64,000 nucleotides of DNA from Octopus sinensis (GCF_006345805.1 NC_043010.1:17980001-18044000), one strand, 5' to 3'. Counted from the stretch's first letter, positions 50,696 to 63,578 are shown. The notes: generated by a model from the sequence alone, not told the origin. Translations and numbers: made by a program.

Positions 50696-50989
50696 TAATA
50701 TTAATACTATGCATTATATATTATTTTTGCTAATATTAAAATAACTTTCTGTTGAAACTCTGTTAGCTTTCTTGCCCCAGTAGCAGTCGTAGTGGTTGGT
50801 ATTAAGGAATGATAATAATAAAAACAATGTATTCTTCTGTGGCTAATAGAATAAATTCTCTAATTCTCTCAGTTTTTAAAGAGACATAAAATACATATGT
50901 CCTAATTCATTTCCCTCCCTTTTCCCATTGCGCATAGATATGTGAATAAGTATGTGTTTATGCTTGTACATCATCATCATCAGTGTTGC

Positions 50990-51290
50990 CCATAAAAAAC
51001 ACCATCCGAGCGTGGCCGTCTGCCAGCCTCATCTGGCACCTGTGTCGGTGGCACATAAAAAACACCATCCGAGCGTGACCGTCTGCCAGCCTCGTCTGGC
51101 ACCTGTGTCGGTGGCACATAAAATCACCCACTACACTCTCGGAGTGGTTGGCGTTAGGAAGGGCATCCAGCTGTAGAAACACTGCCAGATCTGACTGGCC
51201 TGGTGCAGCCTTCGGGCTTGCCAGACCCCAGTTGAACCGTCCAACCCATGCTAGCATGGAAAGCGGACGTTAAACGATGATGATGATGAT
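50990..51290 (+). mobile_element. Family D element with two tandem 61-bp modules
   Basis: cataaaaaacaccatccgagcgtg.ccgtctgccagcctc.tctggcacctgtgtcggtggca repeated; (GAT)n tail. Confidence 0.85.
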
Positions 51291-52347
51291 GCTAGCTTGG
51301 GTGGGGCGGTTTCACAAGAGCCGGCCAGGCAGAAGCCTGCTCCAGACTTCTGTGACTTTTGGCAGGATTTTTACAGCTGGATGCCCTCCCTAACACCAAC
51401 CACTCAGCAGGGTGAACTTAGTGCTTTTTACGTGTCACAAGTACATGCGAGGTCAGTTTTGGCAAGGTTTTTACAGCTGGACACCCTTCCGAACACTAAC
51501 CACTTCTTGCCACAGAGCCATGCCTATATATATCAAGGCATTAGCATATAAATATTCCCATGGACAACTGACCTTGAAGTCTTCCTTTGTAACATGGAAA
51601 ATTAAAACAAAAAGCAGCAGGCTGAGAACTGAGGCTTGACAAACACACATTTACACATTAACTTCTCTCATTTTACTAACTACATCACTCTACATGATTT
51701 GCACTATTCTTACAAGCCATTCATCTTCTTGTTTTCTTAAAGACCACCAAACAATAAAAATTCCTTCCTCAGATTAACAAATGCTTAGCAGAGAAAAAAT
51801 ATTTTTTTTCCCAATCTCAAAGCTTTTCTTTCTCACCAGGAAACAATCATCAGTCATACCCCAGCCTAGCATTACTGTGAACTGCTTCTCTCTGAATATG
51901 ATTTTATTCCGAATGAATTGTGCTAAGAATCTTTATTTTATATTCATAATTTGATAGCTCTGAGCTGTGGTTCTCAACTGGAATCCATATGATCCATGGG
52001 ATTTTGTGGGGGTCCCCGCTAGCCAAGTAGTAAACTGGGGTTCCACAGTAGTATTTTAAAGACCCAAGAATAAATTTTGCTTTCATTGGTATTTTACTCC
52101 TAAGAAACAGCTAAGTTTCTTTTTCAAATGTTTTACATAGGCCAACAGTGTTCTTTCAGAGAGTGTTATTGTAAACCTACACAATAAAGGAATTTTGAAG
52201 GAACTGTCTACAAGACTGGTTTTTAAGCATCAAAATTAGGTAAAGAATTAGACATGGAAAGATATGAACACAAAATATAGAGATTCGAAGTTAAATACAT
52301 AAAAATATGTAATAAATTATGGCATTGTTTCTTGATGAGATGAGACA

Positions 52348-52751
52348 CTCTCTTTTACTCTTTTACTTGTTTCAGTCATTTGACTGTGGCCATGCTGGAG
52401 CACCACCTTTAGTCGAGCAAATCAACCCCAGGACTTATTCTTTGTAAGCCTAGTACTTATTTTATCGGTCTCTTTTGCCAAACCGCTAAGTAACGGGGGC
52501 GTAAACATACCAGCATCGGCTGTCAAGTGATGTTGGGGGGACAAACACAGACACACAAGCATACACACATATACATATATATATATATGTGACAGGCTTC
52601 TTTCAGTTTCCGTCTACCAAATCCACTCACAAGGCTTTGGTCGGCCCGAGGCTATAGTAGAAGACACTTTCCCAAGGTGCCACACAGTGGGACTGAACCC
52701 AGAACCGTGTGATTGGGAAGCAAGCTACTTACCACACAACCACTCCTGCGC
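52348..52751 (-). mobile_element. SINE family A, full length
   Basis: Matches 1262-1620. Confidence 0.88.
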
Positions 52752-53882
52752 AAATCATTTTAATTATTAAGGATGGGAAACCTCAGCTTCATACATCTTT
52801 ATTTGCTTTTCTTTCGAACATTCTTATTTCCTTTGTGGAATTCAAGACACTAATCGAGTGACAAGGCCTAATTGTTGATGTCAAGACAACTGCTTAACTG
52901 GATTAGCTGGTGTGTACATGTGGATGAACTTGCACTCAGGTAATGAGTGTGTATTTGACTCTCAATGACTCCCAACACTCCCCATGCATTGCAGTACTTG
53001 TCTCAGTGCCATGTACACATTACAATCTCATGGAACACAGCCACATCTCTACACATGTGGTCTTTTGAATATCACTCATACTGAGCCAGTATGTTCACCG
53101 AGATGTTTATTTTTCTCCCTCTGACATTCATTCTTTTAACACCTTTGCAAAGGGGTATTTTACCTGAAATATCAAAATTCATCGAATATTTCCTAAGTCA
53201 TTGTCATTCTTTATCAATCTACATCATTGGAAATCTTTCATTTATGAAGTGCATACAACATGTACAGACATATTGTGAATAGATGTGTGTATCGTTGTCT
53301 TTCACTTGTTGATAACCAGTGTAGTTTATTTACATTCCTGTAACTTAGTGGTTCAGCAAAAAAAGATTGATACAATAAGGACCAGGTTTAGAATATAATT
53401 ACAGAAGTTGATTTGATTAGCTAAACTCTTCAAAGTGGCTGCCAGGCAATGACTGAAACCAGTAAAAGAATAAAACAATATGTATGTGTGTGCAAGTATG
53501 TCTGTATATATATATATGTGTATTGGTAAAAATGGTAAGATAACAAAAGAAAGAAAGAGACCTCAATATTATGTAAATAGAGGAAATAAATGGCCAGATA
53601 ACCGAAGAGATGGTGTTGTGGATTTCCACCTCGGCATCCGAAACTCAGAGTTTTATCTTGGCTATTGAATGATTGTCACATATTATTTTACAGATATATA
53701 TATATATATATAGATATATATGTATGTGTATATATATATATGTGTGCATATAAATATGTGTATATATATGTGTGTGTGTATATATATGTATGCATGTATA
53801 TATATATATATGTATGTATATATATATGCATGTATATATATATATATATGTATGTATATATATATACATGTATATATGTATG

Positions 53883-53915
<33 letters not shown>

Positions 53916-53934
53916 GGAGAGTTTACGAAAAAAA

Positions 53935-54054
53935 CAAGACGAAGACAGGTGGTGTAGACAACAAACAGATGTATTAGTATAATGCTCAGGAAGTGCAAAA
54001 GTCTTTAACGTTTCGAGCCTATGCTCTTCCACAGAAAGAAACAAGGAGAGAAAG

Positions 54055-54055
<1 letters not shown>
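53935..54055 (-). mobile_element. Family H-related repeat with variant hammerhead core (copy D)
   Basis: Minus strand reads tcttt-CTGTGGA-A-GAGC-atag-GCTC-GAAAC-GTT-aaaga (54002-54039). Confidence 0.65.
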
Positions 54056-54093
<38 letters not shown>

Positions 54094-56061
54094 GTGTGTG
54101 TGTGTTGATATGCATGTATATACAAACATACAGGCTTCTAAATACACACACATATACATACACACATGCTTAAGTAGACATGTTCATGCATTGATACATG
54201 TATACATACCAATGCATGTATCCAAGCATGTATACATTGTACAGAGTCACACACACACACATAAATGTCCATAAACATGCACATACACATTGTATATAGT
54301 CACACATACACACGTAAATGTCCACTCACCCATGCTTACATAGACATGTCAACATCCAGAATTCTTGATATGAAAGTATATAACAAAATGGGGGGAACAT
54401 GTGGCAAAATAAGAAAGAAATTAGAATATGACGAATAGAAATAAGAAAAAATATAACATGAAACAATATAAATATGGAAGTATAAGCTGTCGACACAAAT
54501 CTAATAAATGTAATTTCTGTCTGTTCGTCTGCCCATCCATCTATCTGTCTATCTCTCCATCTGTCCATCTATCCAATTGTGTGTCTGTCTGACTCTCTCT
54601 CTCTGTCTGTCTGTACTTATATATTTCTCTCTTTATCTCTCTCCCTCTATCTATTTATCAGTGTATGTGTGAGTATATATATATATATATATATATGGAG
54701 AAAGAGAGAGAAGCACTCATTCCTCCATCTCATACGTATGTGCGTGTGCATGTGTTACATTTCCACCCTAACATAATTACTAACCCATAACTCACAAACT
54801 TGTAACTAATAAATAATCCTGCAACAAATAAACTCTCGACAAACTGACACTTACTGCAAACTAAAACCTTAGTTCAGATCCAGTTAGATGTATGACCTTT
54901 ATAATCCCTTGAACAGAAAATTAAATGACAACAACAACAATTAAAACCAGGCTTATACCCATAACAGGCATTGGAAGAACGCTGAAGGATATAAAATTAC
55001 AGAAAAGAAGAAACAAAATCCGGAACCCACTTACAATTACATCACAAAAACGACCAACATTTCCTAAATAAGTATAAACATCCCATCATCAGCCATTCTT
55101 TTGGAAATCATTGTAGTTTCAACACCAAAAATATATATTTTGAAACACTGCTTGAGAAATCTTAGGCATTGTATAAAAAACCACAAATATGCATGGACAA
55201 AACAAATTCCAAAATGTGTAAGACAATACTTATGTCTTTCCAAACCCATAACAGTGTAAAAAGTGAAGCTCATATAATTAATTATGAACAAAAATAATTG
55301 GAAACTAAAGTTCACTTCAATAAATAAAATTGAATTAAAAAGGAATAAATGAGCATTAAAGTAGTGGTATGTGATCTACTGGTTTAGGTGTTATACTCAT
55401 GATCCTCAGATTGTGGGTTCAATTCCTGAGTGAAACATTTCATTCTGTGTTGCTTGTGTGCTTTGTTGGGACTGGTGAGTCAAAACCTAGGCCCAATCTT
55501 TCTTCTGCATGTCACAAAGGGCAACTAAAAGGGGTTGAGGTAGGATTTTCACTCTGACCTCATAAAACTCTCTGGAGCAACCACTACCCAAAACATACCA
55601 TGGGTTGGAGTGATGTCGCCTGGGTGGTATGGAGGTATCATTCACCAGGAATAGCAGGGGATCACCAAGAAATAGTGGATGCAGCAACATACTGTTACAA
55701 TGCATGCCTCCATACTACTACTACTACTACTACTGTTGCTGCTGCTGCTACTACTACTACTATTACTACTACTACTAAACTAGTGCTTATTAAGTCAATC
55801 TAATAATGACTATTAAATGGAAGTATGTGTGTGTGTTTGCATATTTGCACAATCATTTGTTAAATGCAAAATCCCCATTTTGCCCCAGACAGGCATTCTG
55901 CATATAAAGACTATGACGACATGGATACAGGAAGTAGGGCCCCAGGAAGAGGGTTGGCTCAAGAAGACATGGCTTTGTAAATATCTTAAATCTGTGAGAT
56001 CCAGACAGACAATCTGTGGCAGATTGACTATGCTGGTGGTATCTAAGTACACACTTAGCTA

Positions 56062-56216
56062 CATTCTGAGGTCGACTTTGCCTTTCATCCTTTCGGGGTC
56101 GATAAATTAAGTACCAGTTACGCACTGGGGTCGATGTAATTGGCTTAATCCCTTTGTTTGTCCTTGTTTGTTCCCTCTGTGTTTAGCTCCTTGTGGGTAG
56201 TAAAGAAATAGGTATC
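56062..56216 (+). mobile_element. SINE family B, 3' part
   Basis: ctgaggtcgactttgcctttcatcctttcggggtcgataaattaagtaccagttacgcactgggg...aaagaaataggtat. Confidence 0.85.
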
Positions 56217-56260
56217 TAAATACACACAAACACACACACACACACAACACACACACACAA

Positions 56261-56291
<31 letters not shown>

Positions 56292-56664
56292 CCGCTATGT
56301 AAATGTGTGTACAAGTGAACAGATGCAGGTATTTTGTAAAAGGTGAGGACAGCTGTGTATATATGCACAGGTGTAAATGTAAACAACTGGGGATTGATTC
56401 TGAAATAATGGGTTTATGCAAGTGTGAATGTAAAGATACAATCTTATATACAATGGTAGTGAAACATACCGACAGATGTTGAGGTGTTGTTTGTTGTCAA
56501 AGCTTTTATTAATTAAAAGATTTCTGCTACCTGAGTAACCTTGTCAGTGATGGAGATGGATGTTGTGAATATACAAAAGACAGAGGATGGATGAGGTGAA
56601 AATGTTTGGAGAAATATTATTTCAATTGACATCAAACGGGTTTCTTCCTACGAGTCACGCAGGG

Positions 56665-57010
56665 TCATCATCATTGTTTAATGTCCGCTTTCCATGCTAG
56701 CATGGGTTGGACGATTTTGACTGAGAGCTGGCGAACCAGATGGCTGCACCAGGCTCCAATCTTGATCTGGTAGAGTTTCTACAGCTATTCAGCTGTAGAA
56801 ACTCTGCCAACCTTCCTAATGCCAACCACTCCAAGAGTGTAGTGGGTGCTTTTTACATGCCACCGGCACGAGGCCAGTCAGGTGGTACTGGCAATGACCT
56901 CACTCAAATCTTTTTACACATGCCACCGGCACAGGTGCCAGTAAGGCGATGTTGGTAATGCTCATGCTCGAATGGTGCCCTTTTACGTGCCACCGGCACG
57001 GAGCCAGCTG
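56665..57010 (-). mobile_element. Family D element
   Basis: catcatcattgtttaatgtccgctttccatgctagcatggg...ggtgcttttacatgccacc modules. Confidence 0.8.
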
Positions 57011-57428
57011 GATGCTCTGGTCTGTAAAAATAATTGTGTATGCTGTATGGTGTTTCATGGTAGTGAAATATGGGCACAGCACTGAATATGTGTATAGTGT
57101 GCGAAGGCTGTGAAGAAATTAAACAAGCACGCTTCACTGGATGTGTAATAAGTCTACAACACTAATACCCTTACATTCATCTTGTAATTTAACACATCTT
57201 CACCACTATCTCCTGTCTGTCCGTCTGTCTGTCTCTCCTTCCTCTTTTCCAACTGAGGTAGCCCCCCCCCCAGGGTAAGACACCTGCTTCTATTCCTCTA
57301 TCATATTTTAACTTTTCATCACCTAACATAAATCCACAACCCTCAATACTTCTCTTCTCTTCAGCTGAGAGATTTTGTCTTGTGAGTTACTTATTGACCT
57401 TATTAGAGCTGGTGTCACATATTAAAAG

Positions 57429-57828
57429 GGATCTTTTCGGTTTGAACGGCAGTTTTTAACATAATTTCTAGGTAACTAAAAAATTTAAAACTTCGTATAC
57501 TGGTAGAATGTGTTTATAAAACATCTTTTCTCTTGGCTTTATTGAGAATATTCTATGGTTTGTAAGATATTTGCTGTTTTTTTCTGCAATTTCAACCAAT
57601 CAATGGCGTCTATTGAGGTGAAAACATTCTGTGCCGTATGAATATTTCCCACGTTTAAGAAACAGATTGGGTTTATTTTCAGTTGTGAAAAAAAAGAAGA
57701 TATTCTTCCCCCACCCCTAACACTAAAAGAGATTGAAATGCAATAGATCGATTCTAGGGTCATAATTATGGGTGACAATTTCATATGACACCGCTAGAAA
57801 AAAACTGCCGTTCAAACCGAAAAGATCC
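57429..57828. mobile_element. 400-bp MITE with GG-starting TIRs and perfect 8-bp TSD (Merlin- or MULE-like), nested in a family D element
   Basis: attaaaag|GGATCTTTTCGGTTTGAACGGCAGTTTTT...AAAAACTGCCGTTCAAACCGAAAAGATCC|attaaaag; host repeat resumes with cactcagta. Confidence 0.85.
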
Positions 57829-58501
57829 ATTAAAAGCACTCAGTATGCTTTGTAAAGTGGTTGGCATTAGGAAGGGCATCCAGCCATAGAAACCATGCCA
57901 AAACAGACAACTGGTGCAGCTCTCTAGCTTGCCAACTCTTATCAATCATCCCACGGCAGTATGGAAAACAGACGTTAAATAATAATGTTGATGATGATAT
58001 ACAGAAGCAAAACTACTAGTTTTAAAACCTCTGAATGAGATATAACTTAGAAGTTATTGCCACCTTTTAAAATTCACACACACACACACACACACGCACG
58101 TGCGCGCGTGGGAATTTTAAAAGGTGACCATAACTTGGAAGTTTCTCCAGAACAGACTTTTCGAAATCTGAATAGTTAGAAAAACAAGATTTTACAAACT
58201 CTGAACGTTTTGTCACCTCCAGCAATATATTTAACTTTACTCCACGCTTGGAATCTTTATTCGATTAACGTTTGTTATCTTATATAAAGTAATCCATTGA
58301 AAAAAAAAAAAAATCAGAAATTATCTAATACGCCCAAAGACCAGAATTTCTTCGGATCAGCATATTTTAAGCATCGTAGATGATAATGTATTAATAAAAA
58401 GGCGGACGTGGGCAATATTTGTCATTTTTCAGTTCTGACTTTCTTTTAGATTTAAACATCTGAAAATATGTTTCTTCAAAATCATAAATTAAAAGATATA
58501 T

Positions 58502-58583
<82 letters not shown>

Positions 58584-58584
58584 C

Positions 58585-58624
<40 letters not shown>

Positions 58625-59201
58625 TATATATATTCGAAAACGTCATAACTCCGAATTTATTGAAAGGAGGGGTTAAAATTCCGATCCTCTTCGAAAACAA
58701 ATGTTTTTATTTTTGTTTTGGGGATTTTGAGATTCGTCATCTACGATGCTTAAAGTTTAAAGAAATTATGGATTTGGCGCAGTAAATAATTTCAGACTCT
58801 ATTCAATACGTATGTCTTTCTATACATGTATATATACATATGCGTATACAGACATGCACGTACACACACACCATTACATATACACCTACACACGGTGAGA
58901 GAGAGAGAGAGAGAGAGATAAAGAGAGGGGGAGAAGAAAGAAAGAGACAGAGAGAAGAAAGAGTGAGAAAACGGAATATAGAGTTACGTCCCCTCTATAC
59001 AGTAAAACCGTTTAGTGACAAGATACAAACAATTTCTTTTTCATTTCCCATGAAAATTTGCCATCATGCATTATTTTCTGAATTTATAAAGAAAAATTTA
59101 AAACATTTGTCGTCGACAAACGAAGGATTTCGTAGCTTGTCGCAGCGTCTAATGTCGAATATCTAGCAATTATCTCCCCTTAGGTGTGAGAGCGCGCGTG
59201 C

Positions 59202-59232
<31 letters not shown>

Positions 59233-59272
59233 CATGTACGTGTGTGAATGTGTGTTTGTGTGTATGTGCATG

Positions 59273-59330
<58 letters not shown>

Positions 59331-59354
59331 TATTTATTTCTGACGCATATATAT

Positions 59355-59398
59355 ATATTTCTGATGAAACTACAGGAGTAGTTGAAAGCGCTAATATG
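59355..59398 (+). ncRNA. Candidate minimal type-I hammerhead ribozyme with intact catalytic core
   Basis: CTGATGA (59361-67), stem II AACTAC-agga-GTAGTT, GAAA (59384-87), palindromic stem III AGCGCT, CUA triplet; stem I imperfect. Confidence 0.55.
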
Positions 59399-59518
59399 AA
59401 GAAATAATATGCAATATGTAAATAAATATATATTTTTACAACCATCCAGCATTCTGAACACCTTTTTCTTTCATATGTATTAAATCTGTACATCACCCCC
59501 AACACTTCTAACACCCCC

Positions 59519-59519
<1 letters not shown>

Positions 59520-59599
<80 letters not shown>

Positions 59600-59612
59600 T
59601 ATATACATATAT
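59520..59612. repeat. (TA)n microsatellite upstream of LMAN1
   Basis: Directly visible. Confidence 0.95.
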
Positions 59613-59795
59613 ATGTGAGTGGGTGTGTGTGTTCCCTCCCCCTTTTGTGTACATTGACACAGCGTAAACCACCGTTAACTCTGCCGGTGTCCGCCAGATG
59701 TCAGCAATCCACACCATTTGCCCGACACTCTCAACCGTTTCCAGCCACATTGTCGTCGTCGTCCACCTGCTGCTGTTGCTGCCAAAACACCGAAG

Positions 59796-60033
59796 ATGTT
59801 CAACAGAAACACCACACCATCACCAACCACAGCAACAGCAATGTGTTCATGTCGACACACACTCCATACTCTGATGTTTCTCATTTCCTTGACGCTCATC
59901 GTTGTGGTCTGGTCCACCGCACCAATGGTCTCTGCGTCCGTTCCTCGTCTCAGGTTCGAATATAAACTCAGCTTTAAAGGACCACATCTCATACAAAAGG
60001 ACAAAAGTATACCGTTCTGGGAATACGGCGGAG
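59796..60033 (+). CDS. LMAN1: ERGIC-53 / lectin mannose-binding 1, first coding exon (signal peptide plus start of L-type lectin domain)
   Basis: Hydrophobic LMFLISLTLIVVVWSTAPMVSA followed by RLRFEYKLSFKGPHLIQKDKSIPFWEYGG, matching the ERGIC-53 RRFEYKYSFKGPHL..PFW motif; donor GGAG|gtaaga, phase 1. Start ATG could be 59796 or 59841. Confidence 0.88.
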
Positions 60034-60072
60034 GTAAGAATTTCATTTCATGTCTGCCTCTGTGTGTGTGTT

Positions 60073-60109
<37 letters not shown>

Positions 60110-60189
60110 TTATATATATGTGTGTATATATATATATGTGTGTGTGTTTATATATATGTGTGTGTATATATATATATATATGTGTGTGT

Positions 60190-60355
60190 TGTTACGTTCT
60201 GGTTTCAAATTCCGCCGAGGTCGACTTTGCCTTTCATCCTTTCTTGGTCGATAAATCAAGTACCAGTTACGCACTGGGGTCGATGTAATCGACTTAATCC
60301 GTTTGTCCTTGTTTGTCCCCTCTGTGTGTAGCCCCTTGTGAGTAATAAAGAAATA
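60190..60355 (+). mobile_element. SINE family B, 3' part, LMAN1 intron 1
   Basis: gttacgttctggtttcaaattccgccgaggtcgactttgcc...gagtaataaagaaat. Confidence 0.85.
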
Positions 60356-60718
60356 TACATGTGTATGTGTGAATCAGACCAAGTGGTTAAGAAGTTCTTT
60401 TTTCAATCATTTGTTATCATTTCCCATCCCAGTTGGTGACAGATTCTCAAGTTGACCCAAGCCTTGACTAAAATTGGGTAGACGGAAACTGTGAGGAAGC
60501 CTGTTGGACGGATTATTCCTGTAACGCAAAAATCAGTCCTTGTTACATAGTTTCATACGGTCTGCCTGTGCATCACCTTAATAATTAGAATGCTCATCGT
60601 CGATACAGATTGAGATCCATTTACAATGTGCATGTGTCAATATCACGGAAAAGACGAGCTTTCCCTCATTTGTTTATCATAATCTACCTCATCTTTTTCG
60701 CTCTGTTATACCTATCTC

Positions 60719-60721
<3 letters not shown>

Positions 60722-60750
<29 letters not shown>

Positions 60751-60780
60751 TCTATTTCTGTCTTTCTATCTATCTCTCTG

Positions 60781-60844
<64 letters not shown>

Positions 60845-60852
60845 ATGTGTGC

Positions 60853-60925
<73 letters not shown>
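60722..60925. repeat. (TCTA)n, (TG)n and (TA)n microsatellites
   Basis: Directly visible. Confidence 0.95.
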
Positions 60926-60928
<3 letters not shown>

Positions 60929-61451
60929 ATTAACCGTTTATTTACCTAAATCATCCACTTTTTCTTTTCGCACCAAAGGAACAGACTTTTGCAAATTTGT
61001 ATTTTCCTATACTCCGCCGGATTGTGATTTGAAACACTCGTGTGAACAAATGTTTCAAATCAAAGCTCGATATAAGCAGGTTTTTTCCCACTGATTTTTC
61101 TTAATCTACGATTTTCATAGCATATTGATTCCGAAGACATTATAGTTATCGCGTACTAAGAGTATTTCGGACTCTCATAAGAATACCAAACATACACACA
61201 TACCAATAGAGTGTGGAATAGAACTCAATACATGTGTTTATACACCTTATTGTTATTATTTTCCATTGGCAGAAACTGACTATTGTAACTCGAGGACCGA
61301 GAGTTTCGTGTATAGCACTCTCTAACATAAACATATGTTTGTGTTAATTCCAGGTGTCTCTTAAATAGGACAGTCTTTAACTTCCTCCGTTAGCATGTCA
61401 CGCTGGACAGCATGCCTGTCTCTCTCTCTCTACCTCTCTCTCTCTCTCTCT

Positions 61452-61492
<41 letters not shown>

Positions 61493-61835
61493 TATATATA
61501 TATTCATCTATCGGCGGAGGTAAAGATCATGGACCGCACCTCCATTGCGATTTTTTTTTGTTTTCTTGTTATCTATGTTATCCATCCATTTCTCTCTCTC
61601 TCTCCATTATCGATATGTGTATGTATGCATCTTTTATTCTTTTCCTTGTTTCAGTCATAAAACTGTGGCGACGCTGGGATCCTGCTTTGGTTGGTTTTAG
61701 TCCGAACAAATTGATCCAGTGCTTATGGTTTTTTTTTAAAGTCTGGTACATCTATCAATCTCTTTTGCCAAACCAACTAGTTACAGGGACGTAAACAAAC
61801 CAACAGTGTGAGTAACAAACATAGACACAAATACG

Positions 61836-61844
<9 letters not shown>

Positions 61845-61871
<27 letters not shown>

Positions 61872-62330
61872 TGTGTGTGTGTGTATATATATGTATATAT
61901 ATATATATAAAGCGAAAGAGAATACGCTTTCGCACAGTTTCCATCTACGAAATTCACTCACAAGACCTTGATTGGCCTGCGGCCGAAGCCATTTTCCCAG
62001 GGTACCGTGCAGTGGAATCGAATCCAAAACCATGTCATTATAAAGCAAGTATCTCAGCCACACAACCAATGCCTGGTATGTATCTTTCAGTCATTGCACT
62101 GCGGCCATTGCTGAATGATATATCAACCCTGGTACTTGTTATTTCTTATTCTATCTGTCTTTTTTGGCGAACTGCTAAGTTAGGGAGACATATACATATC
62201 ACCACCAGCTGTGAAGTGGCGGCGGCAGACAAACACTAACACAAAAATACAAAACAGTGGTGCCCCAGCATGACCACAACTTTAAAGCTGAAACAATGTT
62301 GAGAATTTATATATATATATATATATACAT

Positions 62331-62390
<60 letters not shown>

Positions 62391-62857
62391 CACACGTGTG
62401 TGTGTGTGTGTATATATATGTATATATATATATATAAAGCGAAAGAGAATACGCTTTCGCACAGTTTCCATCTACGAAATTCACTCACAAGACCTTGATT
62501 GGCCTGCGGCCGAAGCCATTTTCCCAGGGTACCGTGCAGTGGAATCGAATCCAAAACCATGTCATTATAAAGCAAGTATCTCAGCCACACAACCAATGCC
62601 TGGTATGTATCTTTCAGTCATTGCACTGCGGCCATTGCTGAATGATATATCAACCCTGGTACTTGTTATTTCTTATTCTATCTGTCTTTTTTGGCGAACT
62701 GCTAAGTTAGGGAGACATATACATATCACCACCAGCTGTGAAGTGGCGGCGGCAGACAAACACTAACACAAAAATACAAAACAGTGGTGCCCCAGCATGA
62801 CCACAACTTTAAAGCTGAAACAATGTTGAGAATTTATATATATATATATATATACAT

Positions 62858-62890
<33 letters not shown>

Positions 62891-63357
62891 TACACACACA
62901 CAACACACACACACACCACACGTGTGTGTGTGTGTGTATATATATGTATATATATATATATAAAGCGAAAGAGAATACGCTTTCGCACAGTTTCCATCTA
63001 CGAAATTCACTCACAAGACCTTGATTGGCCTGCGGCCGAAGCCATTTTCCCAGGGTACCGTGCAGTGGAATCGAATCCAAAACCATGTCATTATAAAGCA
63101 AGTATCTCAGCCACACAACCAATGCCTGGTATGTATCTTTCAGTCATTGCACTGCGGCCATTGCTGAATGATATATCAACCCTGGTACTTGTTATTTCTT
63201 ATTCTATCTGTCTTTTTTGGCGAACTGCTAAGTTAGGGAGACATATACATATCACCACCAGCTGTGAAGTGGCGGCGGCAGACAAACACTAACACAAAAA
63301 TACAAAACAGTGGTGCCCCAGCATGACCACAACTTTAAAGCTGAAACAATGTTGAGA

Positions 63358-63402
<45 letters not shown>

Positions 63403-63428
63403 CATACATACATACATACACACACACA
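61845..63428. repeat. Three near-identical tandem 526-527 bp units made of SINE A-derived pieces and microsatellites, LMAN1 intron 1
   Basis: agcgaaagagaatacgc at 61911, 62438 and 62964; the non-microsatellite parts look identical and give the repeated ORFs in the track. Confidence 0.95.
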
Positions 63429-63430
63429 AC

Positions 63431-63578
63431 AGGATTCTTTCAGTTTCCTTCTATCAATTCACTCAAGAGGCTTTTGTTGGTCCAATGTAGAAGACACTTG
63501 CCCAAGGTGCCATGCAGTGGGATTGAACCTGGAACCTTGTCGTTGGGAAGCGAACTTCTTACTACACACCCATGCCTG
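63431..63578 (-). mobile_element. SINE family A 5' half
   Basis: ttctttcagtttcc...gaagacacttgcccaaggtgccatgcagtgggattgaacc. Confidence 0.8.

Noticed and set aside
59600-59800. ERSE or UPRE elements in the LMAN1 promoter
   Set aside because: No CCAAT-N9-CCACG, ATTGG-N-CCACG or TGACGTGG found by eye near the first exon.
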